DNA of 64,000 nucleotides from Candidatus Thorarchaeota archaeon (GTDB lineage Archaea; Asgardarchaeota; Thorarchaeia; Thorarchaeales; Thorarchaeaceae): NCBI GenBank assembly GCA_048882485.1, contig JBHLRP010000001.1, positions 1 to 64,000 of the forward strand, read 5' to 3'. Shown piece by piece: positions 45,767 to 55,805 of this stretch (position 1 is its first letter; each line of letters starts with the position of its first letter). The notes under the pieces were generated by a model. It saw only the letters and a program-made list of their open reading frames with translations, ran no database searches and was not told where the DNA came from. The position numbers and the translations under genes were made by a program.

Positions 45767-47256
45767 TGCTTCTTCTCCTCCATCTTTCTGGCTGGTACTT
45801 CCAGTATTCTTCTCGCTATTCGGAATATAGCTTGCAGTCGCCGAAGATATCCATTCAACGTAAACATGATATTCATTCTAAGGTATGTCATGTTGGAGTG
45901 TGTGAGCTTGTCCGGATTCATTATGTCATAAGGATCCCAATGACTCCTGATTTCTTGGAAACTCTGATAAAGCTCCGGTTCGAACTTCTTCAAGTATACA
46001 GTATTTTGGAGACCCAATGTATAGAGCACGCCTCCCTGTTTGTATGACAATTTCGTCAGTCGATGGAGCATCGACTTTCCTGACATGAAGTGCATCCAAT
46101 GCCTATGATCAGAAGGCGCAAAGACACACAGTCGTACCAGATTGTCATGTCCCAGAACTAGATAGAAGCAGGAGTTTATGCGGTATCTCCTGCCGATGTC
46201 ATACATCTTCTCAACTACAGGGACGGCATCATCAACGTCAATCCAATAGTTCTGCATAGAAAGGGTTGGGACCTCCAGCTTCAGCTTCATTTCCACGATA
46301 AATCTGTCTTCCCAGCTTCTGTCATAGAATTTCTTTGGTAGGATTTCACCATTGCCTTCATCCACGATGTTTTGAGCCTCGACAAGCGCATTTTCAACTT
46401 CGGACGTTGAGCCTTCATATGTCACAACAATATAGTATTTGCCCTTGATGTTGGCTGGCAAGCCTCCCTGTATCCGCCACTCATATTCCGGATCTGCAAG
46501 TCGCAAATAGAATGGTTTTGCTTCTGATTCTGCGAGAGTCTTTACAGCAGCAAGAGACTCACTCACACTGTTAAATCCTGCCATCAACCCGTCAGTAGCC
46601 TCGGGAATCAGCCTAATCTTGAGTTTCATCGATGTCACAAGACCGGCAATTCCAGCCGTCCCGAAGAAGATTTTCATATCCTCTCCGCTGATTGTTTCTA
46701 ATTCGCCATTTGGCCTAATGACTGTGAGCTCCACCAAATTATCCAGCATCGATCCATACTTGGGAGTTCCAATACCAGCCTTGCCTCCTATTGCCAGCCA
46801 GCCGGCTAGAGTTGAAGCTATTCCACTCTGAGGCCACACGCGTAATGCATACCCATGCTTGGCCAATTTGCGGTCCGTCACTTCCCAAACTGATCCAGCC
46901 TGCACGTGGACCCACTCCTCTTCAGGATTTACCTCAATGATTTCAGCTAGCCTTTTCGTATCGATTATGATTCCTCCTCTTGTAGGGCTTCCAGAACCAA
47001 AATAGCAAGTGCCGCCACCTCTTGGTACTACGGGAATTCTATGTTTGAAAGCGTATTTGAGAATGGCAGATACCTCCTCCTCAGAAGTAGGCCATGCTAC
47101 ATAATCAGCCAACCACTTTTTCTTCCATCGGTAATGGTAATAGGGAATTCCAGTCGTATCACCGCTAGCAGAGAGTCTCTCCGTCACGCTGGAGCTTATC
47201 CATGAGAGTTCCGAAATGTCCTTTGCTTGTTCCAAATCTTGTACTGCGTTCTCCAT
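45763..47256 (-). CDS. VAO/PCMH-family (GlcD-like) FAD oxidoreductase, module A1
   Basis: VVPRGGGT, STLAGW, GTAGIAG, WDPYDIMNPDK; probable ATG 47256. Confidence 0.85.
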   Translation of the reverse strand: MENAVQDLEQAKDISELSWISSSVTERLSASGDTTGIPYYHYRWKKKWLADYVAWPTSEEEVSAILKYAFKHRIPVVPRGGGTCYFGSGSPTRGGIIIDTKRLAEIIEVNPEEEWVHVQAGSVWEVTDRKLAKHGYALRVWPQSGIASTLAGWLAIGGKAGIGTPKYGSMLDNLVELTVIRPNGELETISGEDMKIFFGTAGIAGLVTSMKLKIRLIPEATDGLMAGFNSVSESLAAVKTLAESEAKPFYLRLADPEYEWRIQGGLPANIKGKYYIVVTYEGSTSEVENALVEAQNIVDEGNGEILPKKFYDRSWEDRFIVEMKLKLEVPTLSMQNYWIDVDDAVPVVEKMYDIGRRYRINSCFYLVLGHDNLVRLCVFAPSDHRHWMHFMSGKSMLHRLTKLSYKQGGVLYTLGLQNTVYLKKFEPELYQSFQEIRSHWDPYDIMNPDKLTHSNMTYLRMNIMFTLNGYLRRLQAIFRIARRILEVPARKMEEKKQ

Positions 47257-47266
47257 CACATTCGCC

Positions 47267-47680
47267 TCACAAAAGGAACTGAATATACCCCATAAGAAAT
47301 ACAGTTGTCCAGCAACCAAGAGCCACTAACCCAGGTATTTTTGTGCGAACACCTGAGATTCCGGTAATGAATGCACCAATGCCAAATGCATATCCTACTG
47401 CACCAATGATGATGTGTAGCAAGTGGAACAGGTCAATTGTGGGCAGGGCAAGAATAACACCTGTTGTCGGGAGTATGGTAACAATATTGATTGTAGTCAA
47501 CAGCAGTGAGAGACCTGCCAAAACTCCATGAGTAAAAGTGTACTTCTCCTTTGATAGTTGATACAATCCTGTTGCCAAAGCCAGAAGTATTATTGCAGGC
47601 AATCCCAGATAAATCGTCATATGCCAATCTGGCATTTCTTGTAGTGGATTAAACCAGTACGCTTTCGATCCCAAGGTCAT
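47267..47680 (-). CDS. Small 4-TM His-bearing membrane protein, module A1
   Basis: Four hydrophobic helices, THG and HLLH; 10 bp upstream of the FAD gene; paralog at the window end. Confidence 0.7.
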   Translation of the reverse strand: MTLGSKAYWFNPLQEMPDWHMTIYLGLPAIILLALATGLYQLSKEKYTFTHGVLAGLSLLLTTINIVTILPTTGVILALPTIDLFHLLHIIIGAVGYAFGIGAFITGISGVRTKIPGLVALGCWTTVFLMGYIQFLL

Positions 47681-47925
47681 ATCTCCTTCTCTTTCTCAGC
47701 TAGCTATGATTCCAAACTCCTCAAGAGTATATGAGCACGTCTTCGTGACGCCGCAGTCCTCCATATAAGGATTATTTCAAGTTGTTATATCCTTCTGAAT
47801 GATAGTTACGAATGTTATCTTGCTATGGCCCTCTCTAAGCGAATGTCGTTTCATAGTTAAGATTCATGAAGCATAGGAGTTAAAACAGGAAGATTCCTTG
47901 CATAGTCAGAGATTGTTCGCCTTGG

Positions 47926-48849
47926 GTGGGGTCCGACGAACGAATTGAGAAGAATCGGACCGCGGTTGAGAAGCTCATGCGAACCCAAGATCTGAAGAAA
48001 ACCATCCTCTATCTATTTGGCCGTCGCAGATTTTATGGATATGAAGCACACAAAGAGCTCGAGGAAAATGGTATCAGGATTGGAATTGGTAGACTCTACG
48101 GCATTCTTGGCGAGATGTTGATTGAAGGACTATTGTTAGACGAATGGAAGCGGAGTCAATCTGGGCCCAGGAAGAGAGTCTACTGGCTATCTGACCGGGG
48201 TCACGAGCTTAGGAAACATATCCTATCGGAAGCAATTGAAATCGTGCATAAGTTCTATATTGAATATCTCAACGATTTGCCCTCGGAAATAAGTCCATTC
48301 ATGGAATTGGCTGACTTAATCATGACTTTCCTTCAGGACAAGGGGATCCTGCTCTTTATCGCTCCTGAGTTTACAGCTGCGGTTATGGAGCTTTCTTCTC
48401 TGCTGGCTGAGCGAATTCAAGATGGTAGGCGTTTTTTGGTTCTTCCGGGCAGGACAGTTGGGGATATGGCTGCTAGCGATTGGCAAGTCATAGAGGGCGC
48501 CTACAATAAGATTCCGCTGAAGGCGAGTTCCGTCAATTTCATTCTAGTTGTTGGATATCGCCCTGAGTATTCAGAAAAACGGACTTTACAGGAATGGGTT
48601 CGACTGCTGAGGAAGGATGGGTCTATCGCAATAGTAGCCCCAAGTGTTCTTATCGAAGACAGGGGCTCTCCTATGACAATTGATGCATTCATTGAGAAGC
48701 ATGAGCATGAAACTATGCATCTAACTGTGGATTGGAACGGCTTCAAATCAATGCTAGAAGACGCATTTAAGAGAGTGAAACAGAGGTCGATAGCCAATCT
48801 AACTACCCTACTTGCATCAGGGATAAGAGATGGCATGAAGAGAGCATAA
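47926..48849 (+). CDS. PadR-family regulator fused to a class I methyltransferase-like domain
   Basis: YGYE..., GRLYGIL..M...GLL, GPRKRVYWLSDRG; C-terminal IPLKASSVN...EWVRLLRKDG. Confidence 0.75.
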   Translation: MGSDERIEKNRTAVEKLMRTQDLKKTILYLFGRRRFYGYEAHKELEENGIRIGIGRLYGILGEMLIEGLLLDEWKRSQSGPRKRVYWLSDRGHELRKHILSEAIEIVHKFYIEYLNDLPSEISPFMELADLIMTFLQDKGILLFIAPEFTAAVMELSSLLAERIQDGRRFLVLPGRTVGDMAASDWQVIEGAYNKIPLKASSVNFILVVGYRPEYSEKRTLQEWVRLLRKDGSIAIVAPSVLIEDRGSPMTIDAFIEKHEHETMHLTVDWNGFKSMLEDAFKRVKQRSIANLTTLLASGIRDGMKRA

Positions 48850-49006
48850 AACTCCATGCTGCATGCTCTCACTATATACATTTTGAAACTATAGCAAAAT
48901 CATGATAGGTGCTTAATAAGATATAGCGGAGGGTTTGATGCGCAAGTCATTATCCTAGCCGCTTCTGAATTGCGTTCGGAATGTGCTGGGAGGAAGAGGA
49001 TGAGCT

Positions 49007-49921
49007 ATGATGAAAGCTAATGAGATTAGAAAGGCTGGGCTAGCTTTGACAATTGCTTTTGTTATTACAATTGTTCTAGCCCACCCAGTCGCTGCTGATG
49101 TGAATCTCACAGCTCCCAAGTATAGTGGAATCGTTGTGGACGGTTTGGCAGACGACTGGGCTGGAGTAGATGGCATAGACCTGACACTCATTCGACCAAT
49201 GGCAAGCAGCGAACGTCTAGAGGATGGACTCACCCTAAAAGTTGCCTATGATGATGCCAACATCTACGTTCTAGCCATGATTCATGACGATTATGATTTC
49301 AATGAAACTGATCCTCATGATTCAGGGTCTTTGGCTGTATTGTTTCAGATTGATGATGCCGCAAGAGTAGACATGGGTGGTGGTCTGGGAAACGTTGACA
49401 TCTGGCATTGGGAGCTCGAAACTCCACCTGGAGTGCCTGCTGGAGGACCTGATTTTGAGAGTGGGAATGATCCTGAAGGCAACTTTGACGACGAATGGGC
49501 TTTTGATGTTGAAGACCGACATGATGATACAATGGCAAATGAGCTCTATGGTGTCTGGTCACATACTGGCAACTTGTCACTCCGCGGTTCGGATGGGACC
49601 TGGATCTTTGAGATGAGAAGGAGCTTGACAACTAGTGACACTATGGACGAAGATGCCCAGTTTTCCGCCGGAGGCACCTTTGGGATGGCAATTGCCTATT
49701 GGGACGCAGACCAAACAGCTACAGGTTGGGAGCACGATGGGCACTATGCAAGTTGTAGGGACCCAGCTACACTTGACTTCTCGTGGATTCAAGTGAGCCT
49801 CGCGGCAGCAGGTGGCGGTGATGGAGCCCTCCTTCCCGCTTATTCAGGGCTGGGGCTTGGTGGTATTGCTCTAGTCATTGCTTTGGTCTCTCTCCTTCGC
49901 CCAAGAAAAGCTGCAGAGTAG
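49007..49921 (+). CDS. EB_dh/DOMON-like heme b-binding protein, exported and C-terminally anchored
   Basis: Signal peptide, VDG..DDW, KVAYDDANIY, DIWHWE, WIFEMRRSLTT...D.QF, IAYWD; C-terminal TM. Confidence 0.75.
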   Translation: MMKANEIRKAGLALTIAFVITIVLAHPVAADVNLTAPKYSGIVVDGLADDWAGVDGIDLTLIRPMASSERLEDGLTLKVAYDDANIYVLAMIHDDYDFNETDPHDSGSLAVLFQIDDAARVDMGGGLGNVDIWHWELETPPGVPAGGPDFESGNDPEGNFDDEWAFDVEDRHDDTMANELYGVWSHTGNLSLRGSDGTWIFEMRRSLTTSDTMDEDAQFSAGGTFGMAIAYWDADQTATGWEHDGHYASCRDPATLDFSWIQVSLAAAGGGDGALLPAYSGLGLGGIALVIALVSLLRPRKAAE

Positions 49922-49998
49922 AGGATTAAATCCAATCGCACCTCGTATCGTACTCTCTGTATTGATGCGAGGTGTACATTCTATTTGGAGGCATGTTA

Positions 49999-51894
49999 AT
50001 GATCCAGAAAGTTTCAAGAATAAACAATTCCAAGAGCACTTTACTTCTCTATGGTTTGATCGCCTTTACCGTTATATTGGTCGCATATCCATTAATTGCA
50101 CGTGCGCAAATGGCCGCTCCAACCGATAGAGAAGTAACAATTGTTGCTCATCAATTCGAATTCAATCCCTCTATCATAAGGGTCAACGTTGGCGATAATG
50201 TTACTATTCACCTAAGAGTCGCAGATGTGCCTCATGGCCTTTACATAGATGGGTATGAGCTAAATGTCCATTTCATTCCCCTCGATGATGGACCTAATGA
50301 GGAAACACTGAATTTCATTGCAGACAAACCTGGCGTGTTCAGGTACCGCTGCTCAGTACCATGTGGCAACTTCCATCCATTCATGGTGGGAAAACTCGTG
50401 GTGGAACCAGCGTACGAATTTCCCATTGCATCAATTCTCGCCATACTCTTCTCCGCTGGGATGGTTGGATTTATGTGGCGAAGCAAGCCATCAACTCCGA
50501 AACCACCAAAAAGAATCAATATCCTCGGCAACTCGCTTGTGAGGCGACTTCTGCGCAGCAGATACTTCCAGTTTACAGCTATGTTCATCAGCTCAATTTT
50601 CTTCCTGCTAGTCATACTCACTGGTTTGTTTGGCACACCAGTGGGCAACGAGAATTTCTCGATTATTGTTGTCTGGATCATTTGGTGGGGTGCACTCATG
50701 CTCTTCCTCGTTCCCTTTGGAGGACGACTCTGGTGTACAATATGCCCGTTGCCATCATATGGAGAGTGGGCTCAGAGAGGAGCTTTGACTCAAAAAAGTG
50801 AGTCAAGACATGGGTTACTTCGCAAATGGCCAAAGAGACTCAATAACATCTGGCTTCAGAATTTCGGCTTTCTAAGTATGTCCATGTTCATTGGTGTTTT
50901 CATTACAATCCCGATGGCAACAGCATGGTTGATGATCTTGCTGATAGCTATGCCATTAGTTTTGTCTTTGGTGTTCAAGGATAGGGTGTTCTGCAGATAC
51001 CTATGCCCGGTTTCTGGATTCATCGGACTCTATTCCATGGCTGGTGCTCTCGAACTGCGGGTGAAGGACAGACAGGTTTGTAGGGAACATATCGAGAATG
51101 ACTGTATAAGAGGAAACGAGCGAGGATATCCCTGTCCATGGTTCGAATTCCCTCAGAACCTTGATAGGAATGCATACTGTGGCCTATGCACCGAGTGCAT
51201 CAAAACATGCCCCAAGGACAACGTTGCGGTGAACATAAGGTTTGGTGGAGAGGATTTGGAGATCGAACCATGGGGTGGCAGAAAGAAGCGCGGCCTCGAC
51301 GAGCCCTGGAAAGCGTTCATTATGCTGACGCTATCCTTCCTCTATGGACTTGTGTTCATGGGACCTTATGGCTGGCTTAAGAACATGGCTGGAATGAAAA
51401 CCGTTGGGGAATGGGTGATCTTCGCTGGCTTGGTATGGGGAACGACTCTCTTGGTAACGCCAGCTATATTCTATGCGTTTGCGGCCATATCGAAGAGAGT
51501 GTCTGGAGCCACAGAAATCTCCAGACGAGATGTGTTCAAGAGCTATTCCTATGCATTGGTTCCTCTTGGACTTCTGGCATGGATTGCGTTCAGTGTGGCC
51601 ATCGTGTTGATTAACGGGTCATACTTCATCTCAGTTCTCTCCGATCCCTTTGGATGGGGATGGGATCTTTTTGGAACAACAAGCTATCCATGGACACCAT
51701 ACTTCTCTCTCTTTGTCCCCTATGCACAGATAGTATTGCTGCTGTTGGGACTTGTTTTAGCAATAAGAACGACGTACAAGATATCTATGAGACTATATCC
51801 CAATAGGCAGAGTGCAAGAAGAGGCTCAATTCCAATCATAATCTTCTTCATTCTGTTCACAATGCTGCTCCTGTGGCTCTGGGTGGGGTGGTAG
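49999..51894 (+). CDS. CuA cupredoxin fused to a NapH/NosR-like membrane polyferredoxin
   Basis: VPHGL...CSVPCGNFHPFM (CuA ligand pattern); RLWCTICP, RVFCRYLCP, CGLCTECIKTCP; about 10 TM; GGAGG 7 nt before ATG 49999. Confidence 0.85.
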   Translation: MIQKVSRINNSKSTLLLYGLIAFTVILVAYPLIARAQMAAPTDREVTIVAHQFEFNPSIIRVNVGDNVTIHLRVADVPHGLYIDGYELNVHFIPLDDGPNEETLNFIADKPGVFRYRCSVPCGNFHPFMVGKLVVEPAYEFPIASILAILFSAGMVGFMWRSKPSTPKPPKRINILGNSLVRRLLRSRYFQFTAMFISSIFFLLVILTGLFGTPVGNENFSIIVVWIIWWGALMLFLVPFGGRLWCTICPLPSYGEWAQRGALTQKSESRHGLLRKWPKRLNNIWLQNFGFLSMSMFIGVFITIPMATAWLMILLIAMPLVLSLVFKDRVFCRYLCPVSGFIGLYSMAGALELRVKDRQVCREHIENDCIRGNERGYPCPWFEFPQNLDRNAYCGLCTECIKTCPKDNVAVNIRFGGEDLEIEPWGGRKKRGLDEPWKAFIMLTLSFLYGLVFMGPYGWLKNMAGMKTVGEWVIFAGLVWGTTLLVTPAIFYAFAAISKRVSGATEISRRDVFKSYSYALVPLGLLAWIAFSVAIVLINGSYFISVLSDPFGWGWDLFGTTSYPWTPYFSLFVPYAQIVLLLLGLVLAIRTTYKISMRLYPNRQSARRGSIPIIIFFILFTMLLLWLWVGW

Positions 51895-51898
51895 CATC

Positions 51899-52273
51899 AT
51901 GAAGAAAATAGAAATTCTAGCGCTACTCTTGGTATTATCTGTACCTGTGGGAATGCCAATGAGCGTATTCTTCTATCAGGAAAATATCTTTCGCCAACCT
52001 GGGGTGATACAAGTTGTTGCGCGGCAGTGGGAATTTGAACCTAGTACTATTACTGTGGAATTGGGCAGCACAGTGAGTTTGTTGCTAACAAGTGCTGATG
52101 TTGTTCATAACTTCGTAATCCTCAATTATAGTATTGATGTAACCCTTTACCCCGGGAAATTCACTGAGTTAGAGTTTCAAGCAGACCTGGAAGGACAATT
52201 CGAGATTGACTGCACAATCTTTTGTGGATCTGGACACTATGAGATGAGCGGGTTGCTCATAGTCACGGCCTAG
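51899..52273 (+). CDS. Small membrane-anchored CuA cupredoxin (COX2/NosZ C-terminal domain-like)
   Basis: N-terminal TM, ARQWEF, SADVVHNF, CTIFCGSGHYEM. Confidence 0.85.
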   Translation: MKKIEILALLLVLSVPVGMPMSVFFYQENIFRQPGVIQVVARQWEFEPSTITVELGSTVSLLLTSADVVHNFVILNYSIDVTLYPGKFTELEFQADLEGQFEIDCTIFCGSGHYEMSGLLIVTA

Positions 52274-52290
52274 AATGGTAGGCTATACAC

Positions 52291-52353
52291 GGGACCCTCA
52301 GAGCGAGTCGGACCTCCCCCACTCAAGGAAGCGCGAACTCTCTCTGTGGTCCC
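52291..52353. other. GC-rich extended hairpin in a convergent intergenic gap
   Basis: Nested pairings GGGACC/GGTCCC, CAGAG/CTCTG, GAGT/ACTC; no T-tract. Confidence 0.5.
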
Positions 52354-52370
52354 ACCCACGCCCTAATATT

Positions 52371-54095
52371 CTAGGAGAATATTCTTCTGAAGAACCTTAG
52401 AAATGGACGACCTATTGATAGAACAGTCGATATCGGTATCACGTTGACAAACTCAACTAACACCTCTCCTACTACAAGCCCCACGGCGCCAGCAAGAAGT
52501 AGGCTAATCTCATCCGTTATAATTAGCCACGGCACGTAGGCTTCCATCAATGTTGGAACAAGTAACCATGCTAGCCATATGAAAACTGGAAACGCAATAG
52601 CCGCGGCAAGCAATATGAGAAGATTGAACCGAATAGACATCACCAATGGTCCAGGAAAGACCTTGTGGGGATTGAGACTTCCTTTGGGATCAGTTGTCCG
52701 TTTGAGCTTCGCCATTTGTCCTAGATACCGCTTTCTAAAGAATGAACGCGAATGCGCGACATTCCACATTCCAATGGAATATGCCCGTCCTCCAGCATTG
52801 ACTCCGATATCAATGAAATCAAGCGATCTGTACCATCCCATAAGAAATGATATCTTGCGACGCTCATCATCCAAGAACCAAGCAAGGACTGCTACCTCTC
52901 CATTCACACTGACTGCGCCCTCAGCCGCCCATTTTTCACGCTTGAAATGCTTTTCGGCTCTATCAAAAAACTCATCCAGACGTTTGATGGGTACGAAAAC
53001 CTCTGAGGGTGCCAGACTTGGCCCAAGCCTTTTAATTCTCATAGGATAGAAGCGCTCATCCCATTCATGTTGGGCAATCTCATCATCCTCGACGATTCCA
53101 TTATGTCGCTTCACGAAATGCCTGAATTTCTCAGCTTCAGCTTCATTTTCCTGTTCGGTTCCCTCGTATGCGCTCAGGACCACCCATTGGCCACTAGTTG
53201 GAGGCGCTTTTTCTAACTCTTCAAGCATTTGATGGAAGCTGTCAGTAATAAAATGCAAATAATATGGGCGAGTGGCCTGAAGAATCTCATTCAAAGCGTC
53301 CAACATGGTTCTTCTGCTTCTGAATGAGGCAACAAGTGGTTTCAATTCTCTTAGAGGTATTAATTTCAGCACCACTTTCGTGATTATGCCTAATGCACCA
53401 TTGCTATCAACAAAGAGAGGAGTCAAGTTATCGAGATCCATTCTTTCTCCATCTGGTGTGTAGTGATAATCATCTGCCCCGAGGTAGTAAGAGTAATCGC
53501 TCTTTGCAGTCTGACCGAGCATTCGTGGAGGTTTTCTGGTCCGTATGATAGTGCCATCAGCAAGTACAACCTCCAAATCTACAACCTGATTCCGAATCCC
53601 GCCGTACTTTGTGCTTCCTATTCCTGTGCCTCCTGCAGCAACCCAACCGCCTACTGTGCTGGAGGGGGCACTTGATGGGTATGCAGTTAAAGTCAGGCCT
53701 TGCTCCTCAAGCCGTTCCAGTAAATTGCCCCAAATGATACCAGCTCCGACTTCAACTGTCATAAGGTCTCTGTCGATATGAAGAATCTCATTCATCCGGG
53801 TCATTTCAACAACAAGGCCGCCTTTTGTTGGAAGGGCGCCACCATAGCCGCTCGTACCATGCCCTCGAGGAACAACTGGTATACCTTGTTCACCACAATA
53901 CTTGAGGAGGTTGGAAACAACCTGAGTGCTCGTCGGTTGCGCAACTGCATCTGCCTCTGTGTTCAAGATGTCCTTGACAAGACCAGGTAGAGCTGCAATG
54001 TCGTGAGAATATAGCTTCCTCATATACTCCTCCGATGAAAAGAAGTCTTCACCAACAATATCTGCAAGTTCCTGTAGCTGCTTTTTTCTCAGCAT
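52371..54095 (-). CDS. GlcD-like FAD oxidoreductase with C-terminal TM helices, module B1
   Basis: VVPRGHGTSGYGGALP, YPSSAPSSTVGGW, SNGALGIIT, DPKGSLNPHK, then two TM helices. Confidence 0.87.
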   Translation of the reverse strand: MLRKKQLQELADIVGEDFFSSEEYMRKLYSHDIAALPGLVKDILNTEADAVAQPTSTQVVSNLLKYCGEQGIPVVPRGHGTSGYGGALPTKGGLVVEMTRMNEILHIDRDLMTVEVGAGIIWGNLLERLEEQGLTLTAYPSSAPSSTVGGWVAAGGTGIGSTKYGGIRNQVVDLEVVLADGTIIRTRKPPRMLGQTAKSDYSYYLGADDYHYTPDGERMDLDNLTPLFVDSNGALGIITKVVLKLIPLRELKPLVASFRSRRTMLDALNEILQATRPYYLHFITDSFHQMLEELEKAPPTSGQWVVLSAYEGTEQENEAEAEKFRHFVKRHNGIVEDDEIAQHEWDERFYPMRIKRLGPSLAPSEVFVPIKRLDEFFDRAEKHFKREKWAAEGAVSVNGEVAVLAWFLDDERRKISFLMGWYRSLDFIDIGVNAGGRAYSIGMWNVAHSRSFFRKRYLGQMAKLKRTTDPKGSLNPHKVFPGPLVMSIRFNLLILLAAAIAFPVFIWLAWLLVPTLMEAYVPWLIITDEISLLLAGAVGLVVGEVLVEFVNVIPISTVLSIGRPFLRFFRRIFS

Positions 54096-54106
54096 AGTAT
54101 CACTCT

Positions 54107-55294
54107 CTATAGTTTCAATGCTTCAGCAACAATCTGTGAAAGATCCTTGAATTTGATATCAGAGGACCTGTGTTCAATTCCGTCATGGAATGACATAGTG
54201 CATGATGGACACTCACTCGAGAGAATTTCTGCACCAGTTGCTTCCGCCATTTCAACGCGTCGTGCGGAGATGCGTACTGACATGAGCGCTTCGGTGCCCT
54301 TCAGCAAGCCACCACCCCCGCAGCACCGGGCCTTATTCTTCGTGTACTTCATTTCTTTGAGTGTCAAGCCAGGTATCGATTTCAAGACCTCTCTAGCTGG
54401 CTCATAGATATTCTGATGACGCCCCAGCTCGCATGGGTCATGCCAGACAACTTCGTGAGGATATGTGTGTGGAAATGTGAGTTTACCTTCCTGTATCATA
54501 CGCAATACAAATTGCGAATAAGTCAGGAATTCCATCCCTGCAGTGGCCTCGCGACCCAAAAGGTGTGGATATTCCTCCGAAAAGGAACGATGGCATCCTG
54601 GACAATTGAAGACGACCGTGCTCACTCCAAGACGCTTCAGCACTGAGAGATTATGTTCAGCTAACCTTCCACCTCTCTCAAAGTCCCCGGCTACAAAGTA
54701 AGGATTTCCGCAGCAGAACTCATCTTCACCCATCAAGGTGTAATTAATTCCGAGGCGCTCGAAGAGCTTGACTGTGTTTTCGCCTATGTGAGCTAGTGTT
54801 CCCTTAAAAGAAATATTGCATCCCGCGAAGTAAGCGACGCTCGCCTCCCTCTGGAATCTATTCTCAACAAGATCATCGACCATGTCCGTCCAGAGTATTC
54901 GGTCGACTTGATCTATGTCCATTATATTGTCACTATTCTGGATTGATTTATCAAGATATTTCACTATTTCAGGCCATTCGCCCAATTCGGATACTTCGCC
55001 TCGTATAAGCTGCCAGAATCGCAACAGCGGAATATTAGTTTGACAAATCTCTTGACAGGCACCACAAAGAGTACACTGAAAGATTCGACTTGCAAAATCA
55101 GGTGGGATTGGCTTCCCTTTCTTGATAAGATCTCTCAATTGGTAGAGTTTTCCTCTCGGGGACAATGAGTCCCAAAGAGTATCAAGGTAAGTTGGGCAAA
55201 CAAACGTGCAAAAGCCGCATCTCGCGCAGATTGTTGGCTCAACATCCAGTTGTTCTGCCTTGAGAGACTCAAACCTCTTTGTTCCCATTATCAA
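54107..55294 (-). CDS. HdrD/GlcF-like Fe-S protein, module B1
   Basis: CARCGFCTFVCP, CTLCGACQEIC, EFCCG...CPGC, HDPCELGR...CCGGGG...CPSC. Confidence 0.9.
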   Translation of the reverse strand: MIMGTKRFESLKAEQLDVEPTICARCGFCTFVCPTYLDTLWDSLSPRGKLYQLRDLIKKGKPIPPDFASRIFQCTLCGACQEICQTNIPLLRFWQLIRGEVSELGEWPEIVKYLDKSIQNSDNIMDIDQVDRILWTDMVDDLVENRFQREASVAYFAGCNISFKGTLAHIGENTVKLFERLGINYTLMGEDEFCCGNPYFVAGDFERGGRLAEHNLSVLKRLGVSTVVFNCPGCHRSFSEEYPHLLGREATAGMEFLTYSQFVLRMIQEGKLTFPHTYPHEVVWHDPCELGRHQNIYEPAREVLKSIPGLTLKEMKYTKNKARCCGGGGLLKGTEALMSVRISARRVEMAEATGAEILSSECPSCTMSFHDGIEHRSSDIKFKDLSQIVAEALKL

Positions 55295-55300
55295 TCACCT

Positions 55301-55798
55301 TTAGGGCCATGGCATTCCTAGCCAATCTAGGAATGGTGACAATATTGATGTGCCGTAAACTGCAATTCCTCCCATCGCTCCGATGAGGACCACAAGAAGG
55401 CCGCCCCAGATTGTGAGAAAACCGTAGCTAATGAAGCTAGACCGAATCAGCCAGACTCTATCGCCAAGTTTCGCCCTCAGCAGAACAAGGAAAGCGAAGA
55501 CTTCCATGGCAACAGTTGACCACAGAATCTTGTACCTCATGTATTTATTCAATACCAGTGCTTCCATGGGCCAATCCATGAAGCCAGTCACAGCACCTGC
55601 ACCTAGTCCCAGAAGTCCAATGATATTGCCCCAATAGATATAGGCGTCGAATTCATGGAACAGTCTAGCAAGTCTAGTACCAGGTGTCTGAATCGAATCT
55701 CTATAAGCAATCCTCAGAAACATGTTCACTATTGACAAGGCCACTGTAGTTGTTAGAATGCCCGTGTGGAAATGAACGAATACAGGATGAATAGCCAT
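55301..55798 (-). CDS. DUF2231-like membrane protein
   Basis: N-terminal HPVFVHF, four TM helices, TG and GG..VYG motifs. Confidence 0.65.
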   Translation of the reverse strand: MAIHPVFVHFHTGILTTTVALSIVNMFLRIAYRDSIQTPGTRLARLFHEFDAYIYWGNIIGLLGLGAGAVTGFMDWPMEALVLNKYMRYKILWSTVAMEVFAFLVLLRAKLGDRVWLIRSSFISYGFLTIWGGLLVVLIGAMGGIAVYGTSILSPFLDWLGMPWP

Positions 55799-55805
55799 TT
55801 TTAGA

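Noticed and set aside
47806..47819. GTTAC-GAAT-GTTAT as another copy of the TTAC-N5-GTAW motif
   Set aside because: Spacer is 4 nt and the right arm mismatches
51899..52273. Evidence of aerobic respiration (coxB)
   Set aside because: CuA domain only; no subunit I or heme A/O synthesis genes in the window
52291..52353. SECIS element or tRNA
   Set aside because: No AUGA/GA quartet or cloverleaf, and no in-frame UGA at Cys positions in the flanking genes
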